DNA of 64,000 bases from Pristiophorus japonicus (taxonomy: Eukaryota). A model generated the notes under the pieces. The model ran no database searches. It saw only the letters and a program-made list of their open reading frames with translations, and had not been told where the DNA came from. The stretch covers positions 11,160,001 through 11,224,000 of the forward strand of contig NC_091995.1 in NCBI RefSeq assembly GCF_044704955.1, read 5' to 3'. The position numbers and the translations under genes were made by a program. Of the stretch, positions 13,691 through 25,367 are shown in pieces (the stretch's first letter is position 1; every line of letters starts with the position of its first letter).

Positions 13691-13926
13691 TAAGGCAGTG
13701 CATGAAGCAATGTCATAAACTTTCATATACAAATGTCGCAAACAACAATATTTGGGTTGGATAGCATTTAAATAGCAAGACAGAGCTAAATTATTGGAGA
13801 GATTAGTCGCTTTGTCCACTTAGTGCCGGATGGACAATGTGCCCTGAACAGTTCCCACTGTATTTCAGTTTGAAATTCTCCATCAGTCATTGTTGTTGGC
13901 CATTCGCTGGAAGTAACTCGGGTTCC

Positions 13927-14339
13927 TCACAAAGCGAATATTCCAAAGAAGCTCTTTCCTTGGGAGGCGTCCACATATCCCACAGACTTCTCACTCACCC
14001 TGGAGAAGATCTGATCTCCTGCTTCAAACTCAAAGACAGCTCCCTGGTAGGAGGTCTTGTACCAGGTTTCTGTGCGTGGACCATATTGGCAGGCGGACTT
14101 GATGGCTTTCAGGAGCAAAGCTTCCTCCGGATAGCTCGGTGAGAACTTGACGAGTTCGTGGCTCAGGAAGATGCTGTTGCCCTGGCAGTCCCCGCTGTAG
14201 AAGACCACCTGGGTGTAGACAAAGTACTGACCGGGGGTCTTGATAATGAATCTGTTGTCCCTGAACTCCACCCTCTCGACGAAGGTGGAGTCTACCAGAT
14301 CCTGCCAAATCACCTTCTCTCCTTTTAAGGTCTTAGATG
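13927..14339 (-). CDS. TNF: TNF copy A exon 4 (TNF homology domain)
   Basis: Acceptor CTCTCAG|CA, ASKTLKGEKVIWQD...FFGIFAL*. Confidence 0.92.
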
Positions 14340-17300
14340 CTGAGAGGAGGTGAGAGAGACAGAGGGAACATTGTAAGAATGGATTAAGTTACATGGTTGG
14401 TTAATATTCTTCCTGTTACAACATTTTCTCAAAGGATGTTGTCATGTATGCACCTGTGAATATGCTCATAGGTTTATGGAGCTGTTGCAGGTGGCCATTA
14501 ACTGGTCTAGGTAGCGGGCGGTCGAGGGGGCCGTTCAGCATGAATGCCTACGTCTCTTCCACGGCTACGTTCGCGCCAGGGCGTCCCTGGAGATGGAGCA
14601 CTCGGTGTCCACCGGTACGCTCGCGGCCTTCCGCGAGAGGTGATCGCCGGAGGGACTGGAGTGCATCATCACCCCCGGCAACCAAATTTGAATTTGATTT
14701 AATGTTTTAAAGTTTAATTTGTTTTAATTGCCGGGTTTTAGTGTCCCCCTCCCCTTTTATAGGGGGCACTTGTAAATTAGATGATTTTAATGCCCACAAA
14801 AAAAATCACAAAAAACCCCCCCAAATAAACCACAAAAAAAAACAAAATAAAAAGAGGGCAGTTAAAAGTGTCTGGAGTGTCCCCCAGATTGGGGGGCATT
14901 CGATCTAATGTTTATTGTGTGCCCCCCCCCCCCCAAAAGAGTTATAGAGCTGTTGCAGGTGGCCATTAACTGGTCCAGGTAGCGGGCGGTCGAGGGGGTC
15001 GTTCAGCACAAATGCCTACGTCTCTTCCACGGCTACTTTCGCGCCAGGGCGTCCCTGGAGATGGAGCATGCGGTGTCCACCGGTACACTTGTGGCCTTCT
15101 GCAAGAGGTGGTCGCAGGAGGGACTGGAGTGCTTCATCACCCCGGCAACCAAATTTTACTTTTAAGGTTCACTTGTTTAAGGTTCATAAGGTTTTATTGT
15201 TAATTTGTGTGTTCTAGTGCCCCTTTAATGAGGGGGCACTCGGCTTTATCCGTTAACCAAAATAGTTGTAGAGCAGTTGCATTGTGAGTGGCTTAGCCAG
15301 TCATGTGATGTTCACAAGCCTCAATAAAACCCCAATCAGTTGGGTCTAGGTCATCCATGATGAGGTATGCGGTTGTGAGCCTGGTGGATGAGCTGGTAAT
15401 GTGTAGTGTGATTGTTAAACCTTTGTTAATAAAACCAATTAATTCTTGATAGCAATGTGTTGCTATGAATTCTTAAGCAAAGAACCCATGAAGCAAATAC
15501 ATTACAGATGTGCTGCCACATTTGTATCTGTTTTATATTAAGGTCTCTTTCATGGCTCTTTCGAAACTATTCTGGCCCCTACTGCCAAAATGCAAGAGCT
15601 TTCCATTTCCAATGCAAGCTATCTTAGGTCTCCTCAAAACAAAACTGGCAACTTGTGCTAAATAATGGGCTATTTTCTGCCACGAACAATTGGATTAAGG
15701 CCACCCAATCTCATTTCACATTGGTTCCTTAAAGGCAGCATAGGAAAAGAAAGAAAGACTTGGATTTATACAGTGCCTTTCATGAACATCGGATGTCCCA
15801 AAGTGATTTACAGCAAATGAAGTACTTTTTTGGAGTGTGGGAATGTGGGAAATGCGGCAGCAATTTGCGCACAGCAAGCTCCAAGCCGACAGCAATGCGA
15901 TAATGACCAGATAATCTGATCTTGTTATATTAATTGAGGGATAAATATTGGCCAGGACACCGGTGATAATCCGATAATTATGAGGTAATTGCATTTGGTG
16001 AGGTCTAACAAGGCACAGGAATACACATTAAATGGTATGATGCTGAAAAATGTAGAGGAACAAAGGGTCCTTGGAGTACAGGTCCACAGATCCCTGAAGG
16101 TAGAAGGCCAGGTAGGTAAAGTGATTAAGAAGGCATGGAATGCTTGCCTTTATTAGTCGAGGCATGGAATACAAGAGCAAGGAGGTTATACTTCAACTAC
16201 ATAAAACACTGGTTAGGCCGCAGCTGGAGTACTGCGTGCAGATCTGGTCACCACGTTGCAGGAAAGATCTGATTGCACTGGAAAGGGTGCAGAGGAGATT
16301 TACAAGACTATTGCCTGGACTGGATAATTTTGGCTATGAGGAAAAATTGGAGATGCTGGGTCTGTTTTCTTTGGAACAGAGGAGGCTGAGGGGAGACCTG
16401 ATTGAGGTGTATAAAATTATGAGGGGCCTGGATAGAGTGGATAGGACGGACCTGTTTCCCTTGGCAGAGGGGTCATTAACCAGGGAGCATCGATTTAAAG
16501 TAATTGGGGGGAGGTACAGAGGAGATATGGGGGGAAATTGCATTACCCAGAGGGTGGTGGGGGTCTGGAACTCACTGCCTGAAGGGGTGGTAGAGGCAGA
16601 AACCCTCACCACATTTATAAAATACTTGGATGTGCACTTGAAGTGCCGTAACCTACAGGGCTGTGGACCAAGAGCTGGAAAGTGAGATTAGGCTGGATAG
16701 CTGTTGGTCGGCTGGCGCGGACACAATGGGCCGAAATGACCTCCTTCCGTGCTGTAAATTTCTAATATGATTCTATGATAGCTCCCGCACTCTTCTTCAA
16801 AATAGTGCCATGGGATCCTTTACATCCACTTGAGAGAGCAGACGGGGCCTCGGTTTAACGTTTCATCCGAAAGACGGCACCTCCGACAGTGCAGCGCTCC
16901 CTCAGTCCTGCGCTGAAAGAGGAAATCAGAGTTGCACCCCAGACCTGACGCAACAATGCGTAAAACAGCGGGCCATCCAGCACCCCCAGGCTTTTCAGGG
17001 TATTTTCCCAACCCTGACCTCCCTTTCAGTATACCTCATCCATGTGCCATTTGTGGTCAATATACGAGTGCGGATAGGAAAATAGTTTGGAGACTGACGG
17101 GTAGATTTCCCTATTCCTACATCGTGGCTTATTGGGTTCCCTGGGCATAGAATATACAGGAGCTACATGGACAGAACTGTAGAGGTTCATAGCACTGAAG
17201 GGGACCATTCGGCCCATCGTTTCGGTGTCGGCTCTTTGCTAGAGTAAACTAACAACAATAAGTAGTATTTATATAGCGCCTTTCACAGGAGTATTATGAG

Positions 17301-19373
17301 ATTACAAATTTGACACCGAGACGCATAAGTAGAAATTAGCGCAGGTGACCAACAGCTTGGTCAAAGAGGTAGGTTTTAAGGAGCGTCTTGAAGGAGGAAA
17401 GAGAGGTAGAGAGGCGGAGAGGTTTAGGCAGATAGTTCCACAGCTTGGGGCCCAGGCAACACCGATGGTTGAGTGATTATAATCAGGGATGCTCAAGAGG
17501 GCAGAATTAGAGGAGCGCAGACATCTCGGGGGAAGGGTTGTGGGAATGGAGGAGAATACAGAGATAGGGAGATGCGAGGCCTTGGAGGGATTTGAAAATA
17601 AGGATAAGAATTTTTAAATCGAGGCGTTGCTGAACCAGAATCCAATGTAGGTCAGAGAGCACAGGGGTGAGGGGTGAGCGGGACTTGGTGTGAGTTAGGA
17701 CATGGGCAGCCAAGTTTTGGATCACCTGTAGTTTACATAGGGTAGAATGTGGGAGGCCGGCCAGGAGCGCATTGGACTTGTCATGTCCAGAGGTAACAAG
17801 GGTGTGGATGAGGGCTTCAGCAGCGGATGAGCTGAGGCAAGGGCGGAGACGGGCAATTTTATGGAGATGGAAGTAGGTGGTCTTAGTTATGCTGCGGATA
17901 TGTGGTTGAAAGCTCATTTCAGGGTCAAATATGACACCAAGGTTATGAACCAAGCTAACTCCGTCCGCCCCATTCTCTCCCCATAGCTTCTGCACCAATT
18001 CCATTTTTTAATTAAGAGATGCAACGGTCTCTATTGCCTGTGGGAAATCATTCCATGCTCCATTGACCAATGGATTACAGAAGTTCTTCGAACCTCTCTC
18101 ACTCAATGTCAATTTTACACTGATGATCCCTCATTTCTGACTTCCCATTTCGGCCTGTGAAAACCCTGCAGAATTTAATGATCTACAACCTCTAAATTAG
18201 CAGCTGACTTGTCCGGAGATGGTTCACCCTCTGATGTGCCCGAGCCTCCCAATGCAGTAGAGCTGGACCTCAGCTTCCCATGTGCCCCACAGTAACGAGA
18301 CTGAGATAGGAAATGCAACCTGTGGCTAGCATTCCAATACACCATGTGACAAGCTGATGTTATCTGTGAGAAAAATCTTCCTTATATTCCTTCATCAGAT
18401 AAGGACTTACATAGGAATAAGAGGAGGCCATTCAGCACGATGAGTCTGTCCCTTCAATTGGATCACGGTTGATCTGTACCTTAACTCCATCCACCAGTCT
18501 TGGTGCCATAACCCTTAATGCACTTGCCTAACAAAACTCTATCAATCTCAGTTTTGACATTTTTAATTGCCCCCACCCCAGCCTCAACAGGGTGGGTGGA
18601 GAGAGGCCCAGATTTCTGTTACCCTTTGTGTGAAGAAGTGCTTCCTGACATCACCCCCTGAACGGCCTGGCTCTCATTTTAAGGTTCTGCCCCCTTGTTC
18701 TGAACTCCGTTCTCCCCTCCACCCCACCCCCCACCTCACCAGAGGAAATAGTTTCTCTCTATCTACCCGATTTGCTTCAGTTCAAATACGTTGACGATTA
18801 TTGGCTAAAATGCACACCTTAGCCAGCAAAATAAATCCTCCATTGATAACTTTTGAAAAGCCCATTAATATTAAGAATAGCCTCTTACCTGTCAGGTGAG
18901 CTGCTATTTTCCCCCTCGGGTCGTTTCCCAACTGCTTCATGAGACGAGGCAGACCTGGAAAAGAAAAGCCGGACTCTCAGTCGCTATCAAGGTGCACATG
19001 GACCGAAAATGACTGATAACGAGAGAGGGAGAGAGAGAGAGAGAGAGATAAAGAGAGATAGAGAGAGAAATGAANNNNNNNNNNNNNNNNNNNNNNNNNN
19101 NNNNNNNNNNNNNNNNNNNNNNNNNNNNNNNNNNNNNNNNNNNNNNNNNNNNNNNNNNNNNNNNNNNNNNNNNNNNNNNNNNNNNNNNNNNNNNNNNNNN
19201 NNNNNNNNNNNNNNNNNNNNNNNNNNNNNNNNNNNNNNNNNNNNNAGAGCGATAGAGAGAGAGACAGAAAGAGAGAGAGAGAAAAAGAGAGAGAGAGCAA
19301 GAGAGATTGTTAGAGAGCTAGAGAGAATTAGAAAGTGATTGATAAAGGGTGAGAGAGCAAGATCGATAGATAG

Positions 19374-19440
<67 letters not shown>

Positions 19441-21809
19441 GAGAATTAGAGAGTGATTGATAGAGAAAGGGGGAGTGAGAGAAATAGATAGATAGATAGA
19501 TGGAATTAGAGAATAATTGATAGAGAAAGGGGAAGAGAAAGATAGATTGATAGAGAGAGCACTCACTTGTGTTAACAGAAACTGTTGTTACAGTTGAATG
19601 ATTCATTAAGTCCTGTGATTGGCTAATCTCTGAGTTCAATGATACTTCCTGAAGAGGAAAGAAATTAAAATGTGAAATTCACCGCAAATTTCCACGTAAC
19701 ACAAGGCGACCCTCTGTACAAGCTTTAAGCCAGATCTACAAGCAGATTATCTGCACCACACAGAGGGCCCAAGTTTCGGCCTCAGTTGCTCCTGATTTTT
19801 TAGAGCAACTGGTGTAGAACGGAGTATCTTAGAAATTCAAATTCTCAGCATTTAGTTTGCTCCAGTTCTAGTCAGTTAGAACAGTTTCACTTTGGAACAG
19901 AATTTTTTTTTCAAAAGGGGGCGTGTCCGGCCACTTAAGCCTGTTTTCAAAGTTTCGGCAGTGAAAACTTACTCCAAACTAACTTAGAATGGAGTAAGTG
20001 AAGATTTTTGTACGTTCGAAAAAACCTTGTCTACACTTTAGAAAATCAGGCGTAGGTTACAAATTAGGCGTAGGGAATGGGGGGGGTTTAAAGGGAAGTT
20101 TACAAACATTAAACACTTCAGTTTTACAAATAAAGAGCCATCATCAATAATAAATGATAAATACATCAATAAATCAACCAATAAATCAATCAAAAAAAAT
20201 TAATAAAAAATATATTTTTTTAAATCAATAAATAAAATATTTTCTACTTACCGACTGCAGCACTGGGAGTCCTCCAACAGCATGCTGGGACGGTCCCCCC
20301 AATGTGTCTCTGTCAGTGTCTCTATCTCTCTATCTGTCTGTGTCTCTCACTCTCTGTCTGTCAGTGTCTGTGTTTCTGACAGCGAGGGGAGGGGCAGAAG
20401 GGTGGGGGAGGGGGAGAAGGGGAGGGTGGGGGAGGGGGAGAAGGGAGGGAGGGAGGGTGGAGGGGGTACAAGGGGGAGAGGGGGAGAAGGAGAGAGGATG
20501 TAGGGCGGGAGGGAAGGGGAGAGGATGTAGGGAGGGAGGGAAGGAGGGAGGGAACGAGGGAGGAGGGAGGGAGGGAGAGACGGAAGCAGAGAGGGAAGGA
20601 GAGGGGGGGAGGGAGGGAAGGAGAGGGAGGGAGGGAAGGGGAGGGAGGGAAGGAGAGGTGGGGGAGGGAGAGAAGGAGGCTGAACGGCCGGGCCCAAGAC
20701 CTCGGGCTAGATTTACAGGTAGGTGGCATCGGGTCTCGGAGGTCCGGAGGAGGAAGGGTGAGAGAGAGTCGCGGAGGTCCGGGGGGGGGGGGCGGAGAGA
20801 GAGAGTCGCGGAGGTCCGGGGGAGAGAGAGAGTCGCGGAGGTCCCGGGGGGGGGGAAGGGAGAGAGTCGCGGAGGTCGGGTCGCCGGTGGGGGGGGGAAG
20901 AGTCGCGGAGGTCGGGTCGCCGGGGGGGGGGGGGGGGCCGGAGGGAAGCGGGAGTCGAGTCGGTGTCGGGAGGAAGCAGGAGCTGGGCGTGGGAGCCTTA
21001 TTCACGCATCCCCAGTGAGGCCATTCAGCCAGGGCGAGGGGTTGCATGCTTCGGGCCCCTCCCACACAGTTTTGGGCGTCTGGAGCTACTGCACACGCGC
21101 GCCCACTGTAGCGTGCATGTGCAGAGGTCCCGGCACTGCTTTCAGCGCAGGGACCTGGCTCCGCCCCCAACAGCTCGTGCTGCGCCGCACCTGGCTGCAG
21201 AAGACCTGCAGGGAGCCGGAGAATCTGGAAGTTTTTTTTAGGCGCACTTTCTGGCGCGAAAAGTGGGCGTCCAGGTCCGGGCTGCGCCGTTATAGGCGCG
21301 TCCCGAAACTTGGGTCCAGAGACACTGGTGCATCCCAGACTCTGACTGACTCACATTATCATGATTGACAGTAGATAAAGAGTTCATCAGATAACCGACA
21401 TCTGTTTTTTTTCCATTGTATCTGTAAATCAAATGTAAATCAAATGCCCCCTTATTAAAGGAGCACTAGCACTGACAGTTTAAACAAATTAAACTTTAAA
21501 CCTTAAACGGTGAAATTAAAATTTGGTTGCCCGGGGTGATGATGCACTCCAGTCCCTCCGGCACCCGACTGCAGTTAGCTAACTCGCACGGAGACAGCTG
21601 AGTAATATCACGCCCTGAACACGGTTACACACCTGGTTTGAAGGTGGAACTCCCAGCTGACAGAGTAACAGGTAGGAAGATACAGCCAGCAAGCCCAGAA
21701 CAGCCACCGCACACAGAGACTGCCAGAAACAGCTCCTCTTGGAGTCTGTCCGCCTGCCGACAGCCTCTCCTCCATTCTCAAGGTCCAGCGGCATCTTCTT
21801 AACACTCAT
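13927..21809 (-). CDS. TNF: TNF-alpha-like ligand, copy A (4 exons: 21809-21633, 19648-19567, 18954-18889, 14339-13927; 245 aa)
   Basis: Exon lengths 177+82+66+413=738 nt, in frame, all introns GT-AG with phases 0,1,1 as in vertebrate TNF. Type II TM segment in exon 1. THD motifs AAHLT, W, GQYFVYTQVVF, KSAC, WYKTSYQGAVFEF, FFGIFAL. Orthology (TNF vs LT) is not phylogenetically tested. Confidence 0.85.
14440..15506 (+). mobile_element. Solo LTR with 5-bp TSD GATGT, carrying two tandem Tx1-like LINE 3' ends (~14490-14945 and ~14958-15268)
   Basis: TG...CA ends, perfect TSD 14435-14439/15507-15511; inserts translate to ...LFHGYVRARASLEMEH...AFRER..., L1/Tx1 ORF2 C-terminus-like. Confidence 0.7.
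15757..16915. mobile_element. DeuSINE (minus) interrupted by a CR1 3' fragment (plus, ~15985-16780)
   Basis: SINE halves rejoin across the CR1; CR1 RT C-terminal ORF 16140-16685 and TTCTATGA tail. Confidence 0.85.
17260..17950 (-). mobile_element. L2-clade LINE 3' fragment
   Basis: NLGVIFD...SFQPHIRSITKTTYFHLHKIARLRP...LQVIQNLAAHVLT...LHW. Confidence 0.8.
18408..18770 (-). mobile_element. CR1 3' fragment
   Basis: CR1 3'UTR in reverse orientation. Confidence 0.65.
18889..18954 (-). CDS. TNF: TNF copy A exon 3
   Basis: Acceptor TTTTCCAG|GT, LPRLMKQLGNDPRGKIAAHLT, donor GTAAGA. Confidence 0.85.
19020..19560. repeat. (GA)n/(GATA)n microsatellite in copy A intron 2, containing assembly gap 19075-19245
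   Basis: Direct inspection; 171 N. Confidence 0.95.
19567..19648 (-). CDS. TNF: TNF copy A exon 2 (stalk)
   Basis: Acceptor CTCTTCAG|GAA, EVSLNSEISQSQDLMNHSTVTTVSVNT, donor GTGAGT; positionally homologous to exon 2 of B and C. Confidence 0.75.
19765..21317. mobile_element. Non-autonomous PIF/Harbinger-type element in copy A intron 1
   Basis: TIRs GGGCCCAAGTTTCGG / CCGAAACTTGGGTCC, 3-bp TSD AGA, empty site present in the B/C introns. Confidence 0.85.
21445..21565 (-). mobile_element. Short Tx1-like 3' end in copy A intron 1
   Basis: Reverse complement of GGAGGGACTGGAGTGCATCATCACCCCGGGCAACCAAATTT, seen also at ~14650 and ~15120. Confidence 0.65.
21633..21809 (-). CDS. TNF: TNF copy A exon 1 (cytoplasmic tail + TM)
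   Basis: ATG at 21809, MSVKKMPLDLENGG...LCAVAVLGLLAVSSYLLLC...PSNQ, donor CAG|GTGTGT. Confidence 0.85.
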
Positions 21810-21899
21810 GGTCTCAGGAGTCAGTTGCGGCTGTGTCAGGAGCAGATGTGTGTCTTATCCCCCAATCCTCTTGCTCTCACTTGTATGTGGGTCTGTGTC

Positions 21900-22130
21900 T
21901 GTATATACCACATGATTCTGGAAGAACCCATGAGTAGGTGTTAGGCAATCGGAAAAGAGAATACCAACCTAGCATTTGGAAAGTGTCGAGCTCCCCCACC
22001 TCCACATACAGGAAGTGAAAGCCCAGCCTCAGATCCCACACTGAATGAACAAGGCCCCCAAAATCTGCACTCTCGCACTTTTTGTATGGCAGGGAAACCC
22101 AGACATTGCAGGCTAGATGATAAACGAAAC
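21900..22130 (-). promoter_or_regulatory. Copy A putative promoter: TATATA (21902-21907), Ets-IRF composite GGAAGTGAAA (22011-22020), kB-like GGGAAACCC (22092-22100)
   Basis: Motif matches upstream of ATG 21809; region not alignable to the B/C promoters. Confidence 0.4.
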
Positions 22131-24248
22131 ACTGCCACTTCAGCAATGTTCTGCTGGCAGACGGTACGGGGGTGTGTGTGGGGTAGAGGCAGAGTCTAAC
22201 AACAGGAGAAAAAGGTGACAGGTCACCGCATGGTTGACAGCGTGTGACCAGATTGTGTGACGAGGCTACGGACCAAGAGCTGGAAAATGGAATCAGGCTG
22301 GATAGCTCTTTGTTGGCCGGCACGTATACGAAAGGCCGAAATGACCTCCTTCTGTGCAGGGCCGGAGGAAGGGCCTGGTGGGCCTGGCAAACTGATCCAA
22401 ATGGGCCGATAGTTATGTTTGCTCATGTTCATTACATTACATATATGATTCTGATTCTGAGTATGAAAATATAGACCAGTATATTCAACAATGAAAGCAT
22501 ATATATCAAATGCATAAATTTAATAATAAATTACTACGGTGGACTTATACTATAATATATTATATATTAACATATATTTTATATATTAAACATACTATAT
22601 AAAAACAGTTAACTAATAGCACAGATAAATAGTAAAGATCTTGGCCCCTAGTTTCACCACGATTATACGCCTTTTTGGGCGTCCAAACGTTTTTTGGCGT
22701 CAAATCCTCAGTTCCCAATTTTCACCAAAGTTTGCACATCGGCGTGGAACATGTGCGCCAGTTTGAAATTTTTTGGAGCAGACACGAGTGAAAACAGGCT
22801 CGGATACTGTTTTTGAGCAATTAGGCGATTTTGGCCGTCCACGATTTTATACAGTGAATGTAAGGAAATCGGCACGGCGCACAAAAGGATACTGGGGCCG
22901 GGCAAAAGAAGACAAAATAAAGTAAAAGTACATGGATTTTTTTTTAGAACAGGGTACTCTGAAAATAACTCAGAAAGTAACTTCTGAGTTTTTGGAGCGA
23001 GACAATTTAATAAAGAAGTTTTTCGGAGGGAGGGAATCTGAAATAATTTTGCTGGGTTAGGGTTTGGGTGGTTCTTTTTGACCCAAATCGCGACTGTCCA
23101 TCCCGACACAATCATTGCTGGCTGGGCTCCAGGCACGGGTCGGGGGAGTGCCGGCTGTGCAGGGTCGCGGGCTCGGCCGGACACCAGCACCAGAGCCCGG
23201 GGAGAATCACTGTAATCAGCATCCGAAACGGAACGTTTTGTGCACAGGCAGGGCAGCAAGCTAGAAATCACCATTTGTCACAGGTGACCCAAGACAGTCA
23301 CTGTACAAACAAACGCACCGCAGATCAGGGCGTAGTCCAATCTAGGGCGTCACCCAGCCTTGTGCAGCATAATGGAGAGGAGAGGTATCGGTGATTTATC
23401 TGCATAATAACAATAATAATGGGTGCAATTTTTAGCATGCCTGAGGTGATAAGGGTGTTGGCCATACATGGCATGCACATGCAGAGGCGACGCATAATTT
23501 GATGCAGATATCGGGGAGACAGTTTGATGGTGAGGAGGCTTTACCCTCAGCGAGTCTATAGGGAGAGGCGCTCATACCTGCAATTAAGTGAGGCAGACTG
23601 CGTTTGCAGGCTGTGATTCAGAAAGGAGGTCATCACGGAGATGTGCCAACTAATCAGGGCAGACATACGGGCAAGAAGTGGAAGGAGGACCGCCCTACGG
23701 GTAGAAGTAAAGGTAACAGCGGCACTTGCCTTCTATGCTACGGGATCATTTCAAGCTTCAACTGGGGACGTATGCTTGATCTCGCAACACGCCACACATT
23801 GCTGCATGCCCCAGGTGACTGCTGCACTGTATGCCAAAAGGGAACAGTTCTTCACTTTCCCTATGACCACGCAGGCAATGAGAGACATGGCTGTGGGGTT
23901 CTCCAGAATTGCTGTCTTCCCCCGGGTACAGGGTGCCATTGACTGTATCCACATCGTCTTCAGAGCACCCTTGCAAGATTCCGAAGTTTACCGCAACAGG
24001 AAAGGGTCCCACTCCCTAAAATGTGCAGCTGGTGTGTGCGACAATCTGCAGCGGATCATGGCAATGGATGACAAATATCCCGGTAGCATCCACGATGCTT
24101 TCACCCGCTGTGAGAGCGTTATATCTGCGATGTTTCAGGAGCTGCCAGAAGGGCAGAGCTGGTTGCTCGGAGACAAAGGTTACGGGCTCGCCACCTGACT
24201 TATGACCCCCCCCCCCCCCCCCCCCTGCCTTCGCAATCCCCGCACTGA

Positions 24249-25019
<771 letters not shown>

Positions 25020-25020
<1 letters not shown>

Positions 25021-25367
25021 AGGCAGAGAGGTTGTTTCCACTGGTCGGGGAGACTAGAACTAGGGGGCACAGCCTCAAAATACAGGGGAGCCAATTTAAA
25101 ACCGAGTTGAGAAGGAATTCCTTCTCCCAGAGGGTTGTGAATCTGTGGAATTCTCTGCCCAAGGAAGCAGTTGAGGCTAGCTCATTGAATGTATTCAAGT
25201 CACAGATAGATAGATTTTTAACCAATAAGGGAATTAAGGGTTACGGGGAGCGGGCGGGTAAGTGGAGCTGAGTCCACGGCCAGATCAGCCATGATCTTGT
25301 TGAATGGCGGAGCAGGCTCGAGGGGCTAGATGGCCGACTCCTGTTCCTAATTCTTATGTTCTTATGT
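25020..25367 (+). mobile_element. CR1 3' end fused to the hnRNP retrocopy
   Basis: [20 protein letters not shown]..., (TTCTTATG)n tail. Confidence 0.9.

Noticed and set aside
13837-14142. Plus-strand ORF repeated three times (also 37197-37517, 60387-60707)
   Set aside because: Antisense shadow of TNF exon 4, conserved only because the exon is.
20304-21368. 354-aa Gly/Arg/Glu-rich ORF and its Pro-rich antisense ORFs
   Set aside because: They arise from the low-complexity purine tract inside a TIR-bounded MITE.
13927-21809. Calling copy A an LTA or LTB orthologue
   Set aside because: Its exons 1, 3 and 4 are nearly identical to B/C, so sequence alone supports a TNF paralogue. An older identity masked by conversion cannot be excluded.
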